Assembly (NCBI GenBank): GCA_028873075.1
Contig: JAGWND010000002.1
Span: forward strand, 1-45,719
Direction of reading: 5' to 3'
Source of the DNA: Bacteroidota bacterium
GTDB taxonomy: Bacteria > Bacteroidota > Ignavibacteria > UBA10030 > UBA8401
Length of the DNA stretch: 45,719 nucleotides
A model generated the notes under the pieces. That model was not told where the DNA came from. It saw only the letters and a list, made by a program, of their open reading frames with translations, and made no database searches. A program made the position numbers and the translations under genes. This document shows positions 17,998-26,206 of the stretch, piece after piece (within the stretch, counting starts at the first letter, position 1; the number at the start of each line of letters is the position of its first letter).

Positions 17998-20577
17998 ATG
18001 ATACGATTTTTTATCTGTTTAGTGTTTGTAAGTGTTTTTCTCTTCCAATTTGCATCTGGTCAAAATTCCGTTGCGCGGAATGACGAGCTCGCCTATCGTT
18101 TCAACGGCGGGTACGGTCAGGTTGAAGTGGGAAGCTGGTACGCCGGTGCGGAATTTCATGGAAGCCGTCCGCTGCCGTCGCGCATCAGCTTTTATTATCC
18201 GGTGGCAAACAGCATTGATCTCAGCACCGATTATTGGAAGCGCGGCGATTCACAACCGTTTGCAGTTGGCGTAAAAATCGGAAACGAAAAGATTTATTCG
18301 CTCGGCAAAAACGCATGGACTTACACAGTCAGTCCGCATACGGTGATGTTTCAGAAGCGAGAGGGAGACATCGCATATGAAATGACGTACGCATTTTGCC
18401 TTAACGAGCCGGCGATGGTCTGGACGCTGAAAATGCATAATGCCGGCGGACAGAAACTGCCGGTTGAGATATATACCCATGTTAAAACAAGTGTGCGTAC
18501 CTGCCAGACGTACGCTCGGATTGATTCAGCAGCGACACGATATGATTCAACAGCGCATACGATTGTTGCAGATTTCGATGAGCTCGGCGCAGACAGCGCT
18601 TCTGTGTTTGTAGAGAATGGAGGGCTGATGCCGATAAGTTGGACTACAGATGCAATCGGCCTTGCCGTGCACGATGATGGAACCTCGGAATGGTTAACAG
18701 ATTCCAGTTCCGTGTTGAGCAGAAAAATATTTCCGCACGGCGGCAAGGGGAATACTGTGGCTGCATTTTTGTATCAAACGGAGCTGCAGCCCGGCGCCTC
18801 CGCATCAATCGTTCAAATCGTCGGGAGCTGCCGAAGAAACGACGTCGGAAAGATTGTCTCGACGCTGAAAACGAAATGGCGGAAAGAAATTGACGCATAC
18901 GATGATCTTGTTCGTGCGAAAGCATTTGACGAAGCGCATTTTTTTACAGGCGATAACGAGCTTGACCGCTCTGCTGCATGGGCGCGAGCGCTTCTTGCTA
19001 CGAACGCACATTACATTGACGGTTCGATCCAGCCGATGCCTTGTCCGGCAGAATATAATTTCTATTTCACTCATGATGTGCTGTTGACAAATTTGGGCGC
19101 GGTGAATTTTGACCTCACCCGCGTTAAAAAAAATTTGCTCTTCATAGTTTCTCACGCCAAAGACGGCATCATTCCGCACGCATATTATTGGCGCGACGAC
19201 GGATTCAAAACGGAATACTGCACGCCCGACAATTGGAATCATTTGTGGTTTATTCTTGTCAACGGCTCGTATCTTCGTCATTCCGGCGACGATTCAACGG
19301 CGCAGGAGTTGTATCCGCTCGTCACAAAAAGCCTCGAAGAAATCCTCACGCAGCGCAAGCCGGATAATTTGATGTACGCTTATCGCCCGGATTGGTGGGA
19401 CATCGGGCACGTTGAAGGCTCGCGTTCTTTCATCACGGTCCTGGCAATCCGCGCGCTGCGTGAGTATCTTTATTTGAGCTCTGCATTGAAGGTTCATTCG
19501 TCGAAATTGAACGAGTACGAAGCCTTCGCTGACGCGATGGAAAAATCAATGAACGAACATTTGTGGGATCCGCAGCTAAAATTTCTTATCAATTACAACG
19601 GCTCGATGAAAGATTCGCATTACTACGTCGGTTCACTTCTTGCGCCGGTGTTCGGAGAGCTTGGCATCAGTCGTTCAAAAGAGCTTGTTGCTTCTGCGGA
19701 AAAAGAATTGCTCAGCCCTGCTATCGGCATTCATGTTGTTTCACCCGCGGATTTTAATTCTGAAGCATCGAAAAAATTTTTCAAGTTTGTTGATAACGAA
19801 GCCGGCGACCCGTACGTCTATATTAACGGCGGAATTTGGTCGCAGGCAAATGCGATGTATGCGATGGATTTGAAAGCAGTCGGGGAGGTTGATGAAGCCG
19901 TTGATTTTGTGAAGCGCGTTATGGCGATTGACGGCGTTGCGCACAGCCCGATGGGCGTGCCGGCGATGTACGAATATCGTTTTTCTGATTCAACGTCGAA
20001 GGAATTTGGAAAGATCGACAAGCCGTCATTTCTGTGGGCGGGAGGATTTTATCTCACTACGTTGTACAAGCTTTTCGGTGTGCAGGAAAACGAGTGGAAT
20101 GTCTCATTTGCCGGGCCGCTTCCTTCAACATTGGATTCTGCTTCTTACACTCTTGCAGTCGGAAGAAAGAAAGATGTTGTCATATCGGGGAAAGGAAAAT
20201 ATTTGCATGAATTGACTTTCAGTGGGAAAGAAATTCCGTCGCTTGTCATCCCGGAAAATGCAATGAATGCCACGAAGTGTGCCGTGATATTTGGAATGCC
20301 TGAACATCCGTACCTTCAAAGTGTGAATGCGGTGCTGAACTCCGCTCATTACGACAAAACGCCGCGTGTACTGTCATTGCAGGTTTCTTCATTTTGCGGT
20401 CATCATATAACTGTGGTGATTGTTACGCCGGAAAAAATTCGGCACGTTCTTGTTGATAAAAAAAAGGTGAAAAATTTCAACATACATCCGTTGAATAACG
20501 GTTTGAGTGAAGTTACGCTTCATTTTTCAGGAAACGGGAACATACAGAACATGGAAATATTCTTCGTGTCCTTGTGA
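17998..20577 (+). CDS. Secreted six-hairpin glycosidase-like protein (GDE_C-like)
   Basis: Signal peptide (FVSVFLFQFASGQ). Motifs DGIIPHAYYWRDDG and YINGGIWSQANAMYAMDL resemble amylo-alpha-1,6-glucosidase-type toroids. Confidence 0.45.
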   Translation: MIRFFICLVFVSVFLFQFASGQNSVARNDELAYRFNGGYGQVEVGSWYAGAEFHGSRPLPSRISFYYPVANSIDLSTDYWKRGDSQPFAVGVKIGNEKIYSLGKNAWTYTVSPHTVMFQKREGDIAYEMTYAFCLNEPAMVWTLKMHNAGGQKLPVEIYTHVKTSVRTCQTYARIDSAATRYDSTAHTIVADFDELGADSASVFVENGGLMPISWTTDAIGLAVHDDGTSEWLTDSSSVLSRKIFPHGGKGNTVAAFLYQTELQPGASASIVQIVGSCRRNDVGKIVSTLKTKWRKEIDAYDDLVRAKAFDEAHFFTGDNELDRSAAWARALLATNAHYIDGSIQPMPCPAEYNFYFTHDVLLTNLGAVNFDLTRVKKNLLFIVSHAKDGIIPHAYYWRDDGFKTEYCTPDNWNHLWFILVNGSYLRHSGDDSTAQELYPLVTKSLEEILTQRKPDNLMYAYRPDWWDIGHVEGSRSFITVLAIRALREYLYLSSALKVHSSKLNEYEAFADAMEKSMNEHLWDPQLKFLINYNGSMKDSHYYVGSLLAPVFGELGISRSKELVASAEKELLSPAIGIHVVSPADFNSEASKKFFKFVDNEAGDPYVYINGGIWSQANAMYAMDLKAVGEVDEAVDFVKRVMAIDGVAHSPMGVPAMYEYRFSDSTSKEFGKIDKPSFLWAGGFYLTTLYKLFGVQENEWNVSFAGPLPSTLDSASYTLAVGRKKDVVISGKGKYLHELTFSGKEIPSLVIPENAMNATKCAVIFGMPEHPYLQSVNAVLNSAHYDKTPRVLSLQVSSFCGHHITVVIVTPEKIRHVLVDKKKVKNFNIHPLNNGLSEVTLHFSGNGNIQNMEIFFVSL

Positions 20578-20604
20578 CTTCGTGGTTGAAGGCATAGATA
20601 GCGT

Positions 20605-21615
20605 ATGAAAGCGGCTCTGTTTGAAAAACCGAACGTATTCAATGTGGTTCAACGATCGCTGCGTCCGCTGCGCGACGGAGACCTTCTTCTCAAAGTTGAA
20701 GCCTGCGGCGTGTGCGGAACCGATGTTCATATCGTCGAAGGGACGTCGCGTTCATCGCCACCGGTTGTTCTCGGCCACGAGTTTGCCGGAACAATTCAAG
20801 ATGCCGGCACGACTCATTTTGTTCCCGGACAAAGGGTTGCGGTTGATCCGAACGTCGCCTGCAGAAGATGTTTTTACTGCCGGCGCGGACTTGTCCATCT
20901 GTGCGAAAATCTCCGCGCGCTCGGTGTTGATATTGACGGGGGAATAGCGGAGTACTGCGTCGTCCCGGAATCGCAGGCGTATACACTTCCGAAAGATTTT
21001 CCCGTTCATGCGGGCGCTTTTGTTGAGCCGGTATCGTGTGCAATTCACGGAATCGACCGGGCGAATATCCGTGCCGGAGATAAGGTTCTCATTCTTGGCG
21101 GCGGCACGATTGGCTTGATTATGCTTCAGCTTGCAAAAAATGCGGGAGCGGCACGGGTTTTTCTCGTTGAGCCTTTGGGACACAAACGCGAGCTTGCGCT
21201 GCGCCTCGGCGCCGATGAAGCGATCGATCCCAAAGTGACGGATGTGCACGCGCTGATCTTCGATGCGACCGGGGTCGGTGCCGACGTTGTGATCGAGTGT
21301 GCCGGGAGAATGCAAACTGCGCAACAGTCGCTTGAACTTGCCCGCCGCGGCGGCACGGTGGAATTTTTCGGAGTCTGCTCTCTCGGCGAAACGTTTCCCA
21401 TCGAGCCGAATAAAGTTTACTTCAAAGAACTGACGATCGTCGGCTCCTATGTTAACCCGCATACATTTTCCCGCTCGATTGCAGTCCTAGCATCGGGCAC
21501 AGTGCACGTTGACAAATTTCAGCTTGATCGTTTTCCGCTTGACGGCGTTCATGAAGCATTGACCATGCAGCGCGAAGGGAAAACGATAAAAAGCATTATT
21601 GAGCCGCAGCGATGA
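20605..21615 (+). CDS. Zn-dependent medium-chain alcohol/polyol dehydrogenase (sorbitol/threonine dehydrogenase family)
   Basis: Catalytic Zn motif CGVCGTDVH...GHEFAG. Structural Zn cysteines CRRCFYCRRGLVHLC. Rossmann fold LILGGGTIG. Confidence 0.9.
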   Translation: MKAALFEKPNVFNVVQRSLRPLRDGDLLLKVEACGVCGTDVHIVEGTSRSSPPVVLGHEFAGTIQDAGTTHFVPGQRVAVDPNVACRRCFYCRRGLVHLCENLRALGVDIDGGIAEYCVVPESQAYTLPKDFPVHAGAFVEPVSCAIHGIDRANIRAGDKVLILGGGTIGLIMLQLAKNAGAARVFLVEPLGHKRELALRLGADEAIDPKVTDVHALIFDATGVGADVVIECAGRMQTAQQSLELARRGGTVEFFGVCSLGETFPIEPNKVYFKELTIVGSYVNPHTFSRSIAVLASGTVHVDKFQLDRFPLDGVHEALTMQREGKTIKSIIEPQR

Positions 21616-23003
21616 AAATTATTCTCTCGTTTTTTCTTCTATCTGTATTGGCTTTCTCTCCCGACTTGTCGGGGCAGTCCCTCGTGAATTTTCAGCATCT
21701 CAATTCTCTCACGGAGCGGATTGAATTCTACGGTGATTCGGTTGACATCATTCATGTTTATTCAAACTATCCGGATTACCGTTGGGTCGATGCGAAAGAA
21801 TCCGGTCCGGAAGGAATTGCCTGCGTGGATGATGCGGCACGTGCCGCTGTGGTCTATCTCCGCGATTATGAGCTGAATCATTCTGTGTCGAGTTTAGAAA
21901 AGGCAAAAGGCCTTCTCAAATTTGTGTTGAAAATGCAAACCGACGATGGCGAGTTTTACAATTTTATTTTTGCCGACCATAGAATCAACCGCGACGGGAA
22001 AACGAGCTACCAATCGTTCGGCTGGTGGGCGGCGCGCAGTGTATGGTGCTTGTCGAAGGGCTATCGTGATTTTATCTCGATTGACCCGGTGTTTGCGGAA
22101 AAGCTTAAGGTCGCCGTTGAACGTTCGCTTCCTCATGTAGAAAAACTGCTCGACAAGTATGGAGACGTCCGCGTCGTTGGCAGACTGCGTGTGCCGCAGT
22201 GGTTGATGTATACTTCGGGAAGCGACGTCACATCCGAACTTTTGCTGGGTTTGTTGGAGTATGATCAAGCTGCAAAAAGTGTAGAAGTGAAAAACGAGAT
22301 TGTAAGGCTATGCAATGCGTTGGTAATTATGCAGGATGGAGATGCGGAAACTTTTCCGTACGGAGCACATCGTTCGTGGGAAACAATGTGGCACATGTGG
22401 GGCAACGGACAAACTGAGGCGCTTGCGGCAATCGGCAAAGCGTTTCATGACAGCACGATGATTCTTCCTGCAGAACGGGAGGGACGCAGTTTTTATGTGC
22501 GGCTGCTTATCAATGGCTTTATGAAAGAGATGGACATTGCACATCCTGAAAAGAGAGTTTTGTATGATCAGATCGCGTACGGCGTTCGTCCGATGGCGGT
22601 CGGGTTGCTGAGAGTGTTCGACGCAACGCAGGACTCGTTGTACCTTACGCTTGCCGGGCTTGCCGCGTCGTGGCTGTTTGGTAATAATGTTGCTCGTACT
22701 GCAATGTACAACCCGAATAATGGAATTTGTTTTGACGGCATCACCGATTCGGTAACGGTCAACAAAAATTCCGGTGCAGAGTCAACGATTGAAGCTCTTC
22801 ATACTTTGGTTGAAATTGAACATTATCCCGATGCGAAAAAATATCTCTATTATCGAAAAGCGAAACAGGGTGAAACGCCGAAATATCTGTACGCAACGTT
22901 TGTTGATGAGTCTGGAGAAGAATTGACGCTTGCTATCGCGCTTAAAACAGGAAAAGTTCTTTTGCGTGAAGGCGGGATAAAAGCAATCAGCAGTGAACAA
23001 TGA
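21612..23003 (+). CDS. Secreted hypothetical protein (possibly an alpha/alpha toroid)
   Basis: The start overlaps the ADH stop (ATGA). Signal peptide (LSVLAFSPDLSGQ). I recognise no family motif. Confidence 0.5.
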   Translation: MKIILSFFLLSVLAFSPDLSGQSLVNFQHLNSLTERIEFYGDSVDIIHVYSNYPDYRWVDAKESGPEGIACVDDAARAAVVYLRDYELNHSVSSLEKAKGLLKFVLKMQTDDGEFYNFIFADHRINRDGKTSYQSFGWWAARSVWCLSKGYRDFISIDPVFAEKLKVAVERSLPHVEKLLDKYGDVRVVGRLRVPQWLMYTSGSDVTSELLLGLLEYDQAAKSVEVKNEIVRLCNALVIMQDGDAETFPYGAHRSWETMWHMWGNGQTEALAAIGKAFHDSTMILPAEREGRSFYVRLLINGFMKEMDIAHPEKRVLYDQIAYGVRPMAVGLLRVFDATQDSLYLTLAGLAASWLFGNNVARTAMYNPNNGICFDGITDSVTVNKNSGAESTIEALHTLVEIEHYPDAKKYLYYRKAKQGETPKYLYATFVDESGEELTLAIALKTGKVLLREGGIKAISSEQ

Positions 23004-23006
23004 ACA

Positions 23007-26000
23007 ATGATCAACGTTCGGTTTTCACGTTACGTCTTGAAATATCTTTTATTCATAGAATTGATTTTCGGAACGGCAGTGTCTCTTCATTCTCAACAAA
23101 CTGCCGTGAACCGCATTGACACGATGCCCGATTTCCCTTCGCCGTACGTGATGCGGAATTGGAAAGCTGTTGCTCTCGGATACGATGCGCTTGTCTTCGA
23201 TTTGAACAAAACCGGAAACTATCTTCCGCTGAGCTGGTTAGTTTCCAGCACTGTGAACTACACGAATCACGGAACGTTTGGTTTGCATTCCTACGTCGGC
23301 GATTCGCGAAGCGGATTCGGTGAAGCCATCAGCTGCCTGCCGGCGGTTATCGGCGCGACGCTTTCGGGAATTGATAAGAGCAGTCAGAACGGGAACAATT
23401 GGGCGTTGATGTGCGAAGAATGGTTCAACAGGCAGAACGGCGAGAATGTGTATCTGAATGATCCTTCTACGACAACCGGCGATGATTGGTGGTACGAAAC
23501 AATGCCGAATGTTTTCTTCTATCAGCTCTATTCGCTCTATCCAAACGTGGGAAATTTTTCTTTGCAATTTACTACTGTCGCTGATCGGTGGCTTGCCGCG
23601 GTGTATGCGATGGGCGGAGCGACAACGCCATGGAGCCTGCCGAACATGGATCATCGAGCGTGGGATTTGATGAAGAATGTTCCGAATAACACAAGTGTTC
23701 ATGAACCGGAATCTGCCGGAGCGATTGCGTGGCTTCTCTACAATGCGTTTGTAAAAGCCGGCAATGCAAAATACCGAACCGGTGCCGAGCTTGCGATGGA
23801 ATTCCTGAACAGCTATCCGTCAAATCCGTCGTACGAACTTCAGCTTTCGTACGGAACGTATATGGCAGCACGAATGAACGCGGAAATCGGAACTGTATAC
23901 GATGTTGAGAAAATGGTGAATTGGTGTTTCAATGTCGGTCCGCTGAGAAACTGGGGCGCAATTGTCGGAACGTGGGGCGGATATGATTGCAGCGGCTTGA
24001 TCGGCGAAGTGAACGGCTCGAACGACTACGCGTTTTGTATGAACACGTTCGAGCAAATCGGTGCGCTGGTTCCGATGGTTCGTTATGATCCTCGTTTCGC
24101 ACGAGCGATTGGGAAATGGGCATTGAACGCCGCCAACGCAGCGAGGTTGTTCTACACAAATTATTTGCCGGATTCACATCAGGATAGTTATTCGTGGGCG
24201 CATCAGTATGATTCAAGCTCGTTCATCGCACATGAGGCGATGAGGCAGTATGGACCTGGAAATGTCAGTCCGTACGCTACCGGCGATGCGATAAGCGGCG
24301 GGTGGGCAGCGACAAATCTTGGGTTATACGGTTCATCGCACGTTGGCATTTTGGGCGGCATCATTGATACGACGAATGTGAAAGGCATTTTGAAGCTCGA
24401 TGTTTTGAAGACAGATTATTTTCACGCGAGCGCTTTTCCAACATTCCTTTTTTTTAATCCTGACAGCGTGCAGGAGACAATTCTTTTTGATGTCGGTACC
24501 GGTCAGCATGATGTGTACGATGCGGTGAGCAAATCGTTCTTACTGCAAAGTGTTTCCGGCGAAGTTCCACTTCCGATTCCTGCCGACGGCGCCGTCCTTG
24601 CAGTTGTCACTCCTTCGGGTGGAACGCAGACATACGATCTTGAAAAGTTTTTGGTGAACGGAATTGCCGTTGATTATCATTCGGGCAAAGCTGTTGCAAA
24701 TTATCCGCCTCGTATGAAGAGTCTCGCAGCAGTATCACCGCTTCTTGCAGTCAGCGACAGCACGGACATTTACTGCACGGCAGAAGACCGTGACAGCGAC
24801 ACGCTGACGTATCAATGGAGCGCTTCAGGCGGAACGGTTTCCGGCAGCGGTTCCGTCGTGAAGTGGCGCGCGCCATCGGTGATAGGAACGTACACAATTT
24901 CTTGTAGCGTTGCTGACGGGCACGGCGGGCAAGATTCCACAAGCGAGGCGATTCAGGTTGTCGAAGCAATTTATCCGCCGCCGACAATTACAGGAATCTA
25001 TGCTCATCCCGGGAAGATTGATCTCGGTGCATTAACAACGTTAACATGTGTTGCGAACGATCCGAACGGTTTCTCGCTTCATTACACGTGGTTCGTTTCT
25101 TCCGGAACGATTAACGGAACGGATTCTTCTGTTGCGTGGACGGCTCCTCATACTGAAGGAAATTATTTTTTTCGCTGCACGATTGATAACGGACACGGCG
25201 GTACCGCAACGGACAGCGTCGGCGTAGAAGTGAGAGACTTCACGAAAAATCAAACCGGAAAGCTGGTTGCCTATTATCCTTTCAACGGCAACGCCGACGA
25301 TGAAAGCGGCAACGGAAACAATGGCACGGTGTACGGCGCATTTCTCGACACGGACCGCTTTGGCAACCCGCTTCATGCGTATCAGTTTAACGGAACAAGC
25401 AGCAGTATTCAGGTACCGAACGCACCGGCGTTGAATTTTCAAAATTCGATCAGCGTCGCTTTTTGGATTAAGGTCGGGACTTTTTATGACAAAGAAGAAT
25501 ATCCGCTTTCTCACGGCAACTGGCAGAATCGCTGGAAAGTCTCTATCACCAATAAGCACATTCGCTGGACGGTGAAGACTTCTGCCGAAATCAAGGACCT
25601 CGATTCGAAAACCCAGCTCGTAACGAACACGTATTACGATGTTGTCGTTGCATATAACGGAAGCGATTTTGAAATTTATATCAACGGCGATCTCGATGCA
25701 TTTTCATCGTGGTCGGGAGCGATTCAACCGTCGCCGGTTGCGCTCACTATCGGTCAGGATTTACCCGGCGACAATCATTATGATTTCAACGGCTGGCTCG
25801 ACGACATCCGTATTTATGATTATGGGCTTTCAATGCCGGAGATTCAAGATCTGTACACGCTTTATACAAACGTTCACGATCAGGAAATTCCATCGTTGCC
25901 GCAGAGGTATGCTTTATCGCAAAATTATCCCAACCCGTTTAATCCGACGACGAAAATCAGATTCATGATTCAAGCTTCAGGCTTCACGACATTGAAAGTG

Positions 26001-26165
26001 TACAACATTCTCGGGGAAGAAGTTTCAACACTGGTGAACGAACGGAAAAGCCCCGGAGTATATGAAGTTGACTTCGATGCGCGCCGGCTTACAAGCGGAG
26101 TCTATTTCTACAAGCTCATCTCAGGAAGTTTCACTGACACGAAGAAATTCGCGGTACTCAAATAA
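23007..26165 (+). CDS. Large secreted protein: ~560-aa unknown N-terminal domain, two PKD/Ig-like repeats, a LamG (concanavalin-like) domain and a T9SS C-terminal sorting domain
   Basis: Signal peptide present. Tandem Ig-like repeats lie at nt ~24706-24966 and ~24967-25235 (...TLTYQWSASGGTVSGSGSVVKWRAP..GTYTISCSVADGHGG / ...HYTWFVSSGTINGTDSSVAWTAP..GNYFFRCTIDNGHGG). Laminin_G_3-like segment (LVAYYPFNGNADDESGNGNNGTVYG...LDDIRIYDYGLS). Sorting domain (QNYPNPFNPTTKIRF...GVYFYKLISG...FAVLK). Confidence 0.75.
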   Translation: MINVRFSRYVLKYLLFIELIFGTAVSLHSQQTAVNRIDTMPDFPSPYVMRNWKAVALGYDALVFDLNKTGNYLPLSWLVSSTVNYTNHGTFGLHSYVGDSRSGFGEAISCLPAVIGATLSGIDKSSQNGNNWALMCEEWFNRQNGENVYLNDPSTTTGDDWWYETMPNVFFYQLYSLYPNVGNFSLQFTTVADRWLAAVYAMGGATTPWSLPNMDHRAWDLMKNVPNNTSVHEPESAGAIAWLLYNAFVKAGNAKYRTGAELAMEFLNSYPSNPSYELQLSYGTYMAARMNAEIGTVYDVEKMVNWCFNVGPLRNWGAIVGTWGGYDCSGLIGEVNGSNDYAFCMNTFEQIGALVPMVRYDPRFARAIGKWALNAANAARLFYTNYLPDSHQDSYSWAHQYDSSSFIAHEAMRQYGPGNVSPYATGDAISGGWAATNLGLYGSSHVGILGGIIDTTNVKGILKLDVLKTDYFHASAFPTFLFFNPDSVQETILFDVGTGQHDVYDAVSKSFLLQSVSGEVPLPIPADGAVLAVVTPSGGTQTYDLEKFLVNGIAVDYHSGKAVANYPPRMKSLAAVSPLLAVSDSTDIYCTAEDRDSDTLTYQWSASGGTVSGSGSVVKWRAPSVIGTYTISCSVADGHGGQDSTSEAIQVVEAIYPPPTITGIYAHPGKIDLGALTTLTCVANDPNGFSLHYTWFVSSGTINGTDSSVAWTAPHTEGNYFFRCTIDNGHGGTATDSVGVEVRDFTKNQTGKLVAYYPFNGNADDESGNGNNGTVYGAFLDTDRFGNPLHAYQFNGTSSSIQVPNAPALNFQNSISVAFWIKVGTFYDKEEYPLSHGNWQNRWKVSITNKHIRWTVKTSAEIKDLDSKTQLVTNTYYDVVVAYNGSDFEIYINGDLDAFSSWSGAIQPSPVALTIGQDLPGDNHYDFNGWLDDIRIYDYGLSMPEIQDLYTLYTNVHDQEIPSLPQRYALSQNYPNPFNPTTKIRFMIQASGFTTLKVYNILGEEVSTLVNERKSPGVYEVDFDARRLTSGVYFYKLISGSFTDTKKFAVLK

Positions 26166-26206
26166 CTGCAAATCGCACATCATCAATCGGAAATCGTAAT
26201 TTGTCA

